This document shows, in pieces, positions 8,677-18,470 of a stretch of DNA of 64,000 nt. The notes beneath the pieces are model-generated. The model ran no database searches and was not told the DNA's origin. It saw only the letters and a program-made list of their open reading frames with translations. The translations under genes and the position numbers were made by a program. Origin of the DNA: Chromatiales bacterium (GTDB lineage Bacteria; Pseudomonadota; Gammaproteobacteria; Steroidobacterales; Woeseiaceae). Location of the stretch: assembly GCA_004282875.1 (NCBI GenBank), contig SHLT01000003.1, positions 12,917 to 76,916 of the forward strand. The letters are read 5' to 3'. Each line of letters starts with the position of its first letter. Positions within the stretch are counted from its first letter, which is position 1.

Positions 8677-10266
8677 TCAGTGACGCAGGATCGCGTGGGC
8701 CGCGTTGTAACCCGGCGCGCCGGTTACGCCGCCGCCCGGATGGGTGCCGGCGCCACATAACCATAAGTTATCGATAGGCGTGCGGTAGTGCGCCCAGCGG
8801 GGCAGTGGCCGCATGAAGAACATCTGCTCGAGCGAGATGTCGCCGTGGAAGATGTTGCCCTCGGTGATGCCGAAGGTCGCCTCGAGGTCGACAGGCGTGT
8901 AGACGCGCCTTGCCACAACGGATCCAGGGAGGTTCGGGGCAAACTTGGCGAGCAGCTCGGTAACCCGGTCGCCCAGCAGATCCCGGTGGTTGTCCCAGGT
9001 GCCGGTGCGCAGCGAGTAAGGCAGGTACTGCACGAAACAGGTAAGCACGTGTCGCCCCGCCGGTGCGAGCGTTTCGTCCGCGTTGGAGGCAAGAACGCAA
9101 TCGACCCACAGCCGCTCAGGCAACTCGCCACGTTGCGATGCGTTGTAGTTCGACTCGGCGTCGGCGAGCGTCGGGATCAATGTAAACAGCGAACGCTGCG
9201 GCTTCGTGCGGTCAGCCGGCATGCCGTTGACACGGGGTTCTTCCGACAACACGAAGTTCACTTTTCCGGCCGGGCCGTCCATGCGAATGTTCGCCACGTC
9301 GCGCCTGAAGTCAGCGTCGAGTTCCGTGGTGTCGACGAGCCCCAGGAAAGTGCGCTTCGGGTCCGCGTTGGACACCACGAGCCGCGCGTCGCACACGTCG
9401 CCGGACTCGAGCGTGACGCCGGTAGCATTGCCGTTCGCGATGTTGATCTGTGCAACGGGCGCCGACGTGCGAATTTCGACACCCAGGTCCTCACACGCGG
9501 CGCGCAGTGCCTGGGTGATGGCGCCCATGCCGCCGATGACGTGTCCCTGCCAGGCTTGCTGCTCGGCATCGCCGCCACTCAATAAATGAAACAACAAGCC
9601 CATGGCCGTACCGGGCTGGTAAGGTCCGCCATGCTTGCCGTACAAGCTGTTGGAGAGAATCAGGCGTTTGAGCTTGTCGGATTCGAAACGGCGGTCGAGG
9701 AACTCGCCGAGCGAGCCGGTCAGAAAGCGCACCAGGCCGCTGACCTCGTCGCCCGTCACACCGTAAAACCGTCGCCAGGTTTTCCACAGCTCGCCGACCT
9801 TGCGCATGCCGCGGGCATGCAGGTCTGGCGGCGACTCGAGGAAGAAGGGCTGCAGGTAAGCCGCGAGGCGTTTCAGCTCGTCCTCGGTTTCAAAGAAGCG
9901 CGCCGCGTCACCCGGCGCAATACGCTCGAGTTCGGATCGCATCCTGGGTTCGTCGCCCCACCAGGCGACCACGTCGCCGTCTTCGAAGGCGGCCTGCACG
10001 CCCGGATCGCAGGCGACCATTTGCAGCCCGTAAGCGCCCAGCTTGAGGTCCCGGATGATTGTCGGGCGCAGCATGCTCGCAATGTAGGACGCCGTGGAGA
10101 CGCGACATCCCGGAGCGAGCTCGGGGTCGACTTCTTCGGTCACGGCACATCCGCCGACAACGTCCCGGCGCTCGAGCACCAGTACTTTTTTGCCGGCTCG
10201 CGCAAGATACGCAGCCGCGGTCAGCCCGTTGTGGCCGGCGCCGATAACAATGATGTCGTGTTGCAT
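8677..10266 (-). CDS. Phytoene desaturase-family (PYROXD2-like) FAD-dependent oxidoreductase
   Basis: GAGHNGL dinucleotide motif, GGMGAIT, GNIFHG and GTHPGGGVTGAPG. Confidence 0.88.
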   Translation of the reverse strand: MQHDIIVIGAGHNGLTAAAYLARAGKKVLVLERRDVVGGCAVTEEVDPELAPGCRVSTASYIASMLRPTIIRDLKLGAYGLQMVACDPGVQAAFEDGDVVAWWGDEPRMRSELERIAPGDAARFFETEDELKRLAAYLQPFFLESPPDLHARGMRKVGELWKTWRRFYGVTGDEVSGLVRFLTGSLGEFLDRRFESDKLKRLILSNSLYGKHGGPYQPGTAMGLLFHLLSGGDAEQQAWQGHVIGGMGAITQALRAACEDLGVEIRTSAPVAQINIANGNATGVTLESGDVCDARLVVSNADPKRTFLGLVDTTELDADFRRDVANIRMDGPAGKVNFVLSEEPRVNGMPADRTKPQRSLFTLIPTLADAESNYNASQRGELPERLWVDCVLASNADETLAPAGRHVLTCFVQYLPYSLRTGTWDNHRDLLGDRVTELLAKFAPNLPGSVVARRVYTPVDLEATFGITEGNIFHGDISLEQMFFMRPLPRWAHYRTPIDNLWLCGAGTHPGGGVTGAPGYNAAHAILRH

Positions 10267-10298
10267 GTCGGGATTCGTCGCGGTTATAAGAGACCAGC

Positions 10299-11678
10299 AT
10301 GTTAGACATTATCATTTTCGCGGCCTATATCGGCCTCGTGCTGGGGATCGGCCGTTACTGGTCGAAACGCGTCCGCAGCACGGAGGATTTTCACCTCTGC
10401 GGTCGCCAGCTGGGCAAGCTGCCTGCCTCGCTGAGTCTCGCCGCGACCGAGTTCTCGGGCTCGGGTCTGATCGGCGGCGCCGGTCTTGTCTACGCCATCG
10501 GGCTGTCAGGTATTTTCTGGAACTACGCCGCAATACCCGCATATATCCTGCTCGGATTCCTCGTGGCCCCGCGCCTGCGCCGGCTGCAGCTGACCACGAT
10601 TCCCGAGTACATCGGGACGAAATTCGGCGTCAAGACACAGCGGCTGACCGCCGTGCTCGAAATCATCGAGGCCGTCGCATTCGTTGCTGTGCAGATTCTC
10701 GTATCGGCGCTGCTGCTGTCGGCGCTTTTCGGTTTATCAGTCCCGCAGGCGTCGCTGCTCGTCACGGCGGCATTTGCCATCTACACAATGATGGGCGGCC
10801 TCTGGGCTGTCGTCTGGACCGATGCCCTGCAATATGTCGTGCTCATGGCGGGCATTATCATCGCCGTGGTGCTGGCCCTGATCGCCGTCGGCGGCATCGA
10901 CGGCCTGCATAACAGCCTGCCCGAGGAGCACTTCAGCTTCACCCAGCTCGGGCTATGGACGCCGCTGGCCTGGGGGGCGCTTGCGCTGTACAGCTACGGC
11001 GTAGACCAGGCCTACATGCAGCGTGCGCTCGCGGCCAAGGACGCCGAGACGGCGCGCTTCGCGTACATCTTTACGGGCTGTAACTATGTCGTCTTTGGCG
11101 GCTGCGTTGCGATACTCGGCCTCGCGGCGGCATCGCTGTTGCCGGGACTCGAGAACGAGAACCAGGCCTTGCCGGAACTCGTCGCGCAGGTTCTGCCCGA
11201 GGGCGTGCGGGCTCTGATTATGACCGCGATCATCGCCGCAACGATGTCGACTTCGTCGTCATTCCTGGCCGCCGCCTCATCGCTGGCCGTGCAGGATTTG
11301 TACGAGCCGATCTTCGGTGAGGGCTCGAGCGATGCGAGACAGATATTTCACTCGCGCGTCATTACGGCGATCTTTGCCGCCGTCTCGCTGGTCATCTCGC
11401 TGGTGTTCCCGGGCGTCGTCAGCCTGGTCGTGTTTGCGACGCTGGTCGCCCCCGCGGCGATCTTCATCCCGTTCATTCTCTCGATCTTCTGGGACAAGAC
11501 GCCCGCGCATGCCGGCTTCTGGGCGATCCTCGTCTCTGCGGTTGCCGGCTGCTCCTCGCAGATCTTCTGGTATGAGCAGATTCCCGGCTGGCTGGGCGCA
11601 ATGCACCCGCTGTTTGTTGCCCCGCTGGCAGCGCTCGCTGTTATGATTCCGGCCGCGGTATTCAGCGGAAAGAAATAA
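10299..11678 (+). CDS. Sodium:solute symporter (SSS) family protein
   Basis: About 13 TM helices; YTMMGGLWAVVWTD, QRALAAK and AATMST motifs. Confidence 0.9.
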   Translation: MLDIIIFAAYIGLVLGIGRYWSKRVRSTEDFHLCGRQLGKLPASLSLAATEFSGSGLIGGAGLVYAIGLSGIFWNYAAIPAYILLGFLVAPRLRRLQLTTIPEYIGTKFGVKTQRLTAVLEIIEAVAFVAVQILVSALLLSALFGLSVPQASLLVTAAFAIYTMMGGLWAVVWTDALQYVVLMAGIIIAVVLALIAVGGIDGLHNSLPEEHFSFTQLGLWTPLAWGALALYSYGVDQAYMQRALAAKDAETARFAYIFTGCNYVVFGGCVAILGLAAASLLPGLENENQALPELVAQVLPEGVRALIMTAIIAATMSTSSSFLAAASSLAVQDLYEPIFGEGSSDARQIFHSRVITAIFAAVSLVISLVFPGVVSLVVFATLVAPAAIFIPFILSIFWDKTPAHAGFWAILVSAVAGCSSQIFWYEQIPGWLGAMHPLFVAPLAALAVMIPAAVFSGKK

Positions 11679-11679
11679 C

Positions 11680-13704
11680 GTGCACGAAAACGAACACGAC
11701 ACACCCAAGGCGTCCTTTGATCGAGCCACCACCTTCCTGCGCGGCGGTGACGCCGTTATGGCAGAGCGTATTTGCCGCCAGGCGCTGAACGCACATCCGC
11801 GGGACGCCAACCTGCTGTGCCTGTTGGGCGCGTCACTGATTCGTCAGCAAAAGCCGCAGGAGGCCGAACACACGCTGTCTCGCGCCGTGCGTATATTTTC
11901 CGATTTCTCACGAGCGCATGAAGGTCTTGCCGAGGCGCTGATCATGCAGGGCCGCTTGTCGGAAGCACTGGAGGCGCTTGAACGTGCGGCTGAACTGGAG
12001 CCGGGCAACGCTTCCGTCCGCATGAAGAAGGCGAAGGTCCTGACGGGCATGGGCAGGGACGACGACGCAAGCCGCGAGTTTGAAGAGTCGTTCAAGCTCA
12101 CGCCGCACCGGGAGGATCTTGTGCGCGGGCTTAACTTGCAGCGCATGGGCAATATTCGCGAAGCGGAGAATGTGTATCGCGACGTCCTGCAAAAGGACCC
12201 ATCGAACGTTGATGCGCTGCGCTTGCTGGCCGGTGTCGCAATGCGGGCCAAGCAGTGGGGCGATGCCGAAATGCTGCTGGAACGCGCGCTGGAGCTGGCC
12301 CCCGATTACTTCCAGGGTTGGATGGACATCGGTATGGCACGCCAGGAGCAGGACAAGACCGAGGGCGCCATTGAGGCCTATCGCCAGGTGATGCGCCTGG
12401 AGCCACACAAGCCGCACGGCTATACCTCGGCGGGCACCCTGTACGCGATGATCGGCGAACACGACAAGGCGATGGAACTGCTGCAACAGGCGGTTGAGAT
12501 CGACTCGGGCAATTTCGGTGCCCTCTCAGGCATCGGCCACGTCCAGAAGACGATCGGCAATCAGGCAGCGGCGATCGACAGCTACCGCAGGTGCGTGGAG
12601 CGCAACCCGGACCATGGCGAAACCTGGTGGAGCCTCGCCAACCTGAAGACGTTCCGGTTCACCGATGACGATATCGCTATCATGGAGAAGCGCGCTGCCA
12701 GGAAGTCCCTCGTCGAGGAGCAGCGGGCAAGTTTCTTTTTCGCGTTGGGCAAAGCCTACGAAGACAGGCAGGACTATGACAAGGCCTTCGAGTACTACGC
12801 GAAAGGCAACGAGAATCGCCGCCAGCGGGAGACCTACGACCCGGTGCAGACGGTCGATCTCCACGACAAGTTCATCGAGGTATTTTCAAAGGACTTCATC
12901 GCGGAACGCGCCGGCGTCGGGTGCCAGAGTAACGCACCGATCCTGATCGTCGGATTGCCGAGATCCGGTTCCACGTTGATCGAGCAAATTCTCGCGAGTC
13001 ATCCTGATGTCGAAGGAACGCACGAATTGCCCGACCTGGGTCGCGTGGCCCGGTCGATTGGCCTGAAGCGAGAAGATCGCAAGAGCTATCCGCAGGTCAT
13101 ACCGTTTCTCGACGACGACGAATTTGCCGAACTCGGTGAAGAGTACCTGCGACGGACCAGGCGGCATCGCGAAACCGAGTTGCCGCGGTTCACGGACAAA
13201 CTGCCGAATAATTTTTCGCACGTGGGCTTCCTGAGCCTGGTTCTGCCGAATGCGAAAGTCATCAATGCCAAGCGTCACCCCCTGGACAGCTGTCTCGGCA
13301 GTTTCAAACAGTTGTTCGCGCGTGGACAGCCATTCACCTACGAGCAGTTTGAACTGGCCGAGTTCTACCTGGAGTACCAGCGGCTTATGGACCACTGGCA
13401 CGAGGTACTGCCCGGCAAGGTGCTCGACGTGCAGTACGAAGACGTCGTCGACGACCTGGAAACCCAGGTGCGCCGCATACTCGAACACTGCGAGCTGCCG
13501 TGGAACGATGCCTGCTTACGGTTCTACGAAAACGAACGTGCGGTCAAGACCGCGAGTTCCGAGCAGGTGCGCAAGCCGATCTATGCAACGTCAAAACATT
13601 TGTGGCGCCGCTACGAGCAACACCTGGGACCCATGATCGAAGTACTGGAACCGCTCCTCCGGACCTTGCCCGCAGACTGGCAACCGGAGAACTATCCGGG
13701 CTAG
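11680..13704 (+). CDS. TPR-repeat-containing sulfotransferase
   Basis: N-terminal TPR array; PAPS-binding motifs IVGLPRSGSTL and KRHPLDSCLGS; DKLPNNF and TASSEQVRKPIY. Confidence 0.92.
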   Translation: MHENEHDTPKASFDRATTFLRGGDAVMAERICRQALNAHPRDANLLCLLGASLIRQQKPQEAEHTLSRAVRIFSDFSRAHEGLAEALIMQGRLSEALEALERAAELEPGNASVRMKKAKVLTGMGRDDDASREFEESFKLTPHREDLVRGLNLQRMGNIREAENVYRDVLQKDPSNVDALRLLAGVAMRAKQWGDAEMLLERALELAPDYFQGWMDIGMARQEQDKTEGAIEAYRQVMRLEPHKPHGYTSAGTLYAMIGEHDKAMELLQQAVEIDSGNFGALSGIGHVQKTIGNQAAAIDSYRRCVERNPDHGETWWSLANLKTFRFTDDDIAIMEKRAARKSLVEEQRASFFFALGKAYEDRQDYDKAFEYYAKGNENRRQRETYDPVQTVDLHDKFIEVFSKDFIAERAGVGCQSNAPILIVGLPRSGSTLIEQILASHPDVEGTHELPDLGRVARSIGLKREDRKSYPQVIPFLDDDEFAELGEEYLRRTRRHRETELPRFTDKLPNNFSHVGFLSLVLPNAKVINAKRHPLDSCLGSFKQLFARGQPFTYEQFELAEFYLEYQRLMDHWHEVLPGKVLDVQYEDVVDDLETQVRRILEHCELPWNDACLRFYENERAVKTASSEQVRKPIYATSKHLWRRYEQHLGPMIEVLEPLLRTLPADWQPENYPG

Positions 13705-14258
13705 CGTCGGTCGACGAAGTCAGGCGGCATATAGTCGAAGATAAACGTGATGCGGTCATCCTTGCCGCTGTTGATGACGGAATGCGTCTTCTGGTTGTTG
13801 ATCTCGTAGGCTTGCCCGACTTTCAGGTGAAAGGGCTTGCCGTCGATCGTAAAGCGCACCCGGGGATTCGTCGTCACCGGGATGTGAATACGGTGACTGG
13901 CCCGAAACGTCGGGTGACTGTCGAAATGCGGATTGATGCGACCCCCTGACAGCAGCTTTGCCGCCATGGCGCGAATAATCGTGCCGCCGGGCGGGTAGAA
14001 CTTCCCGATCAGGTCGTGCATCAGGGGTATCGCAGGTTCAGCCAACAGGTCCCATCCTGCTTCCTTGCTGACTTGCAGGTCGTTTGCTGGTCCGCCGCAG
14101 AACACCATGACCACCGATTGGGTCTGCTTGTGGACCTCGTAATCGTTCTGCCGATTGACGTTCAGGAACCAGGCTTCCTCGTCGAGACCGAGGACGGTGT
14201 CGATGAGCGCATGGGAGTTCACGGTGCCCAGTTCTTTGAGGGGTACGTCGATATTCAT
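13701..14258 (-). CDS. Aspartyl/asparaginyl beta-hydroxylase-domain protein (2OG-Fe(II) oxygenase)
   Basis: HFD...HRIHIP...EINNQKTHSVIN...RITFIFD facial-triad pattern; ATG at 14258 preferred. Confidence 0.88.
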   Translation of the reverse strand: MNIDVPLKELGTVNSHALIDTVLGLDEEAWFLNVNRQNDYEVHKQTQSVVMVFCGGPANDLQVSKEAGWDLLAEPAIPLMHDLIGKFYPPGGTIIRAMAAKLLSGGRINPHFDSHPTFRASHRIHIPVTTNPRVRFTIDGKPFHLKVGQAYEINNQKTHSVINSGKDDRITFIFDYMPPDFVDRR

Positions 14259-14420
14259 AGGCCCGGAAACATAGCAAATCAGCCATGTGTTGCAAAATTG
14301 CAAATAGTGAAACGCGCCACCACTGGGATTGCCCCCGTTTGTTGTATCCGGGCAAAAAATGGTAGTAGACTGAAAGAGATATAAGCGCTGTTAGCCAATA
14401 AGTCCAACGGGGGTTTCGAC

Positions 14421-16895
14421 ATGGCTGAAGTTATGACTACGGATGGTATTCCTGTAAAGAGTGCCCTGGCGGTTGCAGTATCAATGGCCGTCGCCGGCCA
14501 CGCAGACGAAGCGCGAGCACAGGAAGACGGCGCCAGCCGTTCCGGCATCGAGGAAATCACGGTAACGGCGCGCAAGCGCGAGGAAAGCCTTCAGGATGTT
14601 GGCGGTAGCATCCAGGCACTGACCGGGGACGATCTCAAGAACCAGGGCCTGCTGAACCTGGAAGATACTATCCGGATGTTGCCGAGTGTGAGCCACGTTG
14701 GCAGCGTAGCCGGTGCCAACAAGATCATCTTCCGCGGCGTCTCAGATAACCCGGGCGCGTTTATCGCGGCATCGTCGTCAGCACTCTATATTGATGAGCA
14801 GCCGCTGACCCAGTTTTCGGTCAATCCCGAACCCCGCATGATTGACATCGAGCGTGTCGAAGCGCTGGCCGGCCCGCAGGGCACGCTGTACGGCGACAGC
14901 TCGCAGTCAGGCACGCTGCGCATCATCACGAACAAGCCGGACCCAACGGAATTCTCCGCTAACGCAGAGATGATGGTTCGCAAGGGCGAAGACTCATCCA
15001 TGAGCCACGAGGTCAGTGGCTGGATCAATATGCCCCTGATTGAAGACAAGTTCGCGATTCGGCTGGTCGGTTACACCGCCGAAGACGGCGGCTTTATCGA
15101 TAATGTTCTTGGCGTCTCACCCATGCGTGGCACCAGGAACAACGCGAACCTTGTTCAGGACGACATCAACACTGTCGATTTCGTCGGTGGCCGTATCTCG
15201 GCGAAATGGTTCGTCAACGACGAATGGTCCATCACCGCGAGCGCGATGAGCCAGAAGATGGAGGCCAAAGGGCTCAACGACTACGACCCGGGCGTGGGTG
15301 ATCTGCAGACCGTCAAGTTCTTCAGAGACACACGTGACGACGAGTGGACCCAGGGCGCACTGACCATCGAAGGCAGCTTTGGCAGCGTCGACGTCGTGTC
15401 GATCACGAGTTACTTTGATCGCAAGCTGGATTACACCTTCGATCGCACAACCTACTCGGCGTACTTCAACTACAATTTCTGCCCGTTGTTCGCGACCTAT
15501 TGCTGGTCCGGCTTCAGCGGTGCCGAGAATCACTATTTTGGAACTATCGGCGGAATTGATGTCGATCCCAATACGGGTTACCTGTATTGGGGCCGGGGGA
15601 TTCCAAACGACCAGGACACGATCGGCTTTAATACCCAGGATCAGGAAAACGATCGTTTCACCCAGGAAATCCGGTTGTCGCAGACCACCGATAACTATCG
15701 CTGGGTTCTGGGCGCGTTCTACGAGGAGAAGAGCGAGAACTGGGAATACCGGGCGCGCACGCCGGAGTTTCTCGAATCTCTCTCCTACGCATACTGGACC
15801 TACCTGTATGCCCCCAGCGGCGTGGATCCGTCCTGGTGGTTGTCGGGTGACGATACCGAGTGGGAGCAATGGGCTGTATTCGGTAATTTCAGTTACAACT
15901 TCACCGACCAGTTGACTGCCGAGGTCGGCGTACGCTTCTTCGACCAGGAGATGGACCGGTTCTACTTTGTGGACAAGCCGTTCCTGGTAGGGTTCCGGGA
16001 CTCGACGAGCCCGCAGGGCGGCAATGACGATTTCGTGCCGAAGGTGACTGTCCAGTACGCCATAGACGACGAGAAGATGATCTATGCGTTGTACTCCGAA
16101 GGCTTCCGGTCGGGCGGTGCCAACCGAAATCGCACACCGTTTACGGTGTTCCCGCAGGTCTACGAGCCGGACCTCCTCAAGAACTTCGAAGTCGGCGCCA
16201 AGACGCGCTGGTTCGACGGTCGCCTGCAGATTAATGCGACGGTGTATTCGGGTCAGTGGGAGAACTACCAGATCGAAGCCGTGGATCCGAGCTTCCGGCT
16301 CTGTCAGCCTGGCGAAATCGCCGATGTCGACTTCTGTAACCAGCCCTTCCAGGTCATGGTCGCAAACGTGGGAGATGCCGAACAGTTTGGCGTCGAGTTC
16401 GATCTGCGTGCCGCGCCGAATGACATGGTTGATCTCGGCCTGAGCGTCGGCTATGTGAAAGCCGAGACAAGCGAAGAGTTCGAGGTGACGGTGCCCGTTC
16501 CGAAGGGCTCACAGTTGCCGAACGTGCCGGAACTCAAGTTAAGCGCGTTTACACAGTTCAACTGGCCCGTAATGCAGGGCGAAACCGCGTACCTGCGTGG
16601 ACAGTACACCTGGCAGGACGAGTCCCTGAACCAGCTCGAGGCGATTGCGCCAGGCGCACCCGGCGACTTTACCGGTGCACCGCAATACGGGCAGCCGTCC
16701 TACGGCATCATGGACCTTCGAGCGGGATTAACTTCGGATAACTGGACTCTCGAGGGCTTTGTGAGCAACGTGTTCGATGAGCGTGCGGATTTGTACAACA
16801 ATTCGCTGTTCCTGGACTACTTCTTTGGCAGGCAGCGTGTCACGGCGAATCGTCCACGCGAGTTTGGCGTACGCTTCTCGTATACCTGGCAGTAA
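14421..16895 (+). CDS. TonB-dependent receptor
   Basis: TonB box EEITVTARKREE, plug DIERVEALAGPQGTLYG, C-terminal PREFGVRFSYTW. Confidence 0.95.
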   Translation: MAEVMTTDGIPVKSALAVAVSMAVAGHADEARAQEDGASRSGIEEITVTARKREESLQDVGGSIQALTGDDLKNQGLLNLEDTIRMLPSVSHVGSVAGANKIIFRGVSDNPGAFIAASSSALYIDEQPLTQFSVNPEPRMIDIERVEALAGPQGTLYGDSSQSGTLRIITNKPDPTEFSANAEMMVRKGEDSSMSHEVSGWINMPLIEDKFAIRLVGYTAEDGGFIDNVLGVSPMRGTRNNANLVQDDINTVDFVGGRISAKWFVNDEWSITASAMSQKMEAKGLNDYDPGVGDLQTVKFFRDTRDDEWTQGALTIEGSFGSVDVVSITSYFDRKLDYTFDRTTYSAYFNYNFCPLFATYCWSGFSGAENHYFGTIGGIDVDPNTGYLYWGRGIPNDQDTIGFNTQDQENDRFTQEIRLSQTTDNYRWVLGAFYEEKSENWEYRARTPEFLESLSYAYWTYLYAPSGVDPSWWLSGDDTEWEQWAVFGNFSYNFTDQLTAEVGVRFFDQEMDRFYFVDKPFLVGFRDSTSPQGGNDDFVPKVTVQYAIDDEKMIYALYSEGFRSGGANRNRTPFTVFPQVYEPDLLKNFEVGAKTRWFDGRLQINATVYSGQWENYQIEAVDPSFRLCQPGEIADVDFCNQPFQVMVANVGDAEQFGVEFDLRAAPNDMVDLGLSVGYVKAETSEEFEVTVPVPKGSQLPNVPELKLSAFTQFNWPVMQGETAYLRGQYTWQDESLNQLEAIAPGAPGDFTGAPQYGQPSYGIMDLRAGLTSDNWTLEGFVSNVFDERADLYNNSLFLDYFFGRQRVTANRPREFGVRFSYTWQ

Positions 16896-16914
16896 GCGGG
16901 TAAGGACAGACTGG

Positions 16915-16944
16915 AAAAAGGGCAGCATTCGCTGCCCTTTTTTT
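16915..16944. terminator. Bidirectional rho-independent terminator
   Basis: AAAAAGGGCAGC-ATTC-GCTGCCCTTTTTTT between convergent genes. Confidence 0.85.
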
Positions 16945-16948
16945 ATGC

Positions 16949-18397
16949 TTATTCGAATTCGTGGGGTACGAGAAACCCGCGGCTGACAAACACGCGCACG
17001 ATGGACAGCAGGTCCCCGGTCAGCTGCTCGATATCCGCATCGGCGACCCGGGCAAATTCTCCGACACTGTCACCGACCGTACGCTTGCCGTTGAAGAGAT
17101 TGAGGAATGCCGCCACGCCACCGTCGATGTCGGCTTCCGTCGACAGGCCGTTGTCCAGGCGCAGGCGCACGCCGGCGATACCACCCTCGGACTGTGTCTG
17201 CTCGGCCTCCAGGTCGTCCGCGAGGCGCAGCGTGGCAGCGAGGAGCGCCTCGTCGTCACAGGCCTCGAGAAAATCGACGGCCGCAATACCGCGCGCGACC
17301 GCAGCACCGGCGGGCTCGGTGATGTCCGCCGGCAGGTTATGGACATGGAGCCAGTTTGCAGCGTCGTTGCGCCTCAGTACGAGCATGCCTGGATGTACGG
17401 CTCGCACCTGGTGCCGGTCAAAGTATGCGATCCATTCCTGTTGCGACCCGGCGTTGACCGACTCACCCGACAGGTCGCTGGTCCGTTGTTTTGCATAAGA
17501 CGCCGGCGATAATGGGGTTGCATGTAATACCCAGGCATCGCAGGCGGTGATCCAGTTACTGATACGGTCGACCCAGGACTCCCCTTCGACCTCGACCCAC
17601 TCGCACAGCATCTGCAGGTGCGCCCCTTCCTTGAGGTAACGTGGTGCCTGGCCAACCAGTATCCTGCAGAACTCATCGAGCTCCAGCGGGTTGTCGCGAT
17701 AGGCGAACGTCTCGGACGGGCCGATGACGAAGGGCGGGTTACTCACGATCAGGTCAAACCGCCGATCGGCGATCGGTTCGAACAGGCTGCCCTCGATACA
17801 GTCCACATTGTGGATGTCGTTGAGCAGTGCATTGAAGCGCGTGTAGGCAATCGCCTGCGGACTGATATCGGTGGCAGTGACCCGCGTGCTGTGGCGCGCC
17901 GCGAAGAGGGCGTGTATGCCACAGCCGCAACCAAGGTCGAGCGTATCGTCGACGTGATCGCGCAGGGTCAGGTAGCGCAGAAAATTGGCGGAGTGCGTGC
18001 TCGCCGGAAGAACGAAATCACGCGCCTCGCCCGTGCCGAGGATCCAGAACGCATCCGACGCGAACAACAGGTCTTCAACAGGAATGATGACGACGCGCCC
18101 GGTCACAATATCGCCGTCGTAATGCAGCAGGCCTGCATCGTTGCAGAAACTAACGACAAGGTCCGGCAGGAATTCCGTCACTGTATCCCTGTCGACGGGT
18201 GCCCCGAGCAGGAACAGGCGCACGAGCACGTTGAGTACCGTGATCTCGCGCGAGTCGTCGAACATCTGTTGTTCTTCGCCCTGGGCTGGCGGCCGCGCCC
18301 GGCCTATGCGCTGCGTGAGCTGCTCGGTGTTGTAGCCGCACGCATCGAGAAATACGCGAAACTCATAAACGCGCGATTGTTCGGGTAGCTGGATCAT
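16949..18397 (-). CDS. Class I SAM-dependent N-methyltransferase (HemK/MTS-like) with C-terminal PqqD-like winged helix
   Basis: LDLGCGCG SAM motif, VSNPPF amino-methyltransferase motif, tail FNGKRTVGD...LLSIVRVFVSRGFL. Confidence 0.8.
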   Translation of the reverse strand: MIQLPEQSRVYEFRVFLDACGYNTEQLTQRIGRARPPAQGEEQQMFDDSREITVLNVLVRLFLLGAPVDRDTVTEFLPDLVVSFCNDAGLLHYDGDIVTGRVVIIPVEDLLFASDAFWILGTGEARDFVLPASTHSANFLRYLTLRDHVDDTLDLGCGCGIHALFAARHSTRVTATDISPQAIAYTRFNALLNDIHNVDCIEGSLFEPIADRRFDLIVSNPPFVIGPSETFAYRDNPLELDEFCRILVGQAPRYLKEGAHLQMLCEWVEVEGESWVDRISNWITACDAWVLHATPLSPASYAKQRTSDLSGESVNAGSQQEWIAYFDRHQVRAVHPGMLVLRRNDAANWLHVHNLPADITEPAGAAVARGIAAVDFLEACDDEALLAATLRLADDLEAEQTQSEGGIAGVRLRLDNGLSTEADIDGGVAAFLNLFNGKRTVGDSVGEFARVADADIEQLTGDLLSIVRVFVSRGFLVPHEFE

Positions 18398-18470
18398 GGT
18401 CGCGGTAGTCTAACCGAGGTTCGCCGGGCACTGGTATCATGTCGGGCCACATTCGCAGGGATCGACGAGA

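Noticed and set aside
8677..10266. Carotenoid biosynthesis (crtI)
   Set aside because: No crtB, crtE or crtY nearby; motifs fit the broader PYROXD2-like oxidoreductases
14259..14420. Possible RiPP precursor or riboswitch upstream of the TonB receptor
   Set aside because: No convincing small ORF or cobalamin/TPP riboswitch motif; only a short TTGCAA-AA-TTGCAA element of unclear meaning
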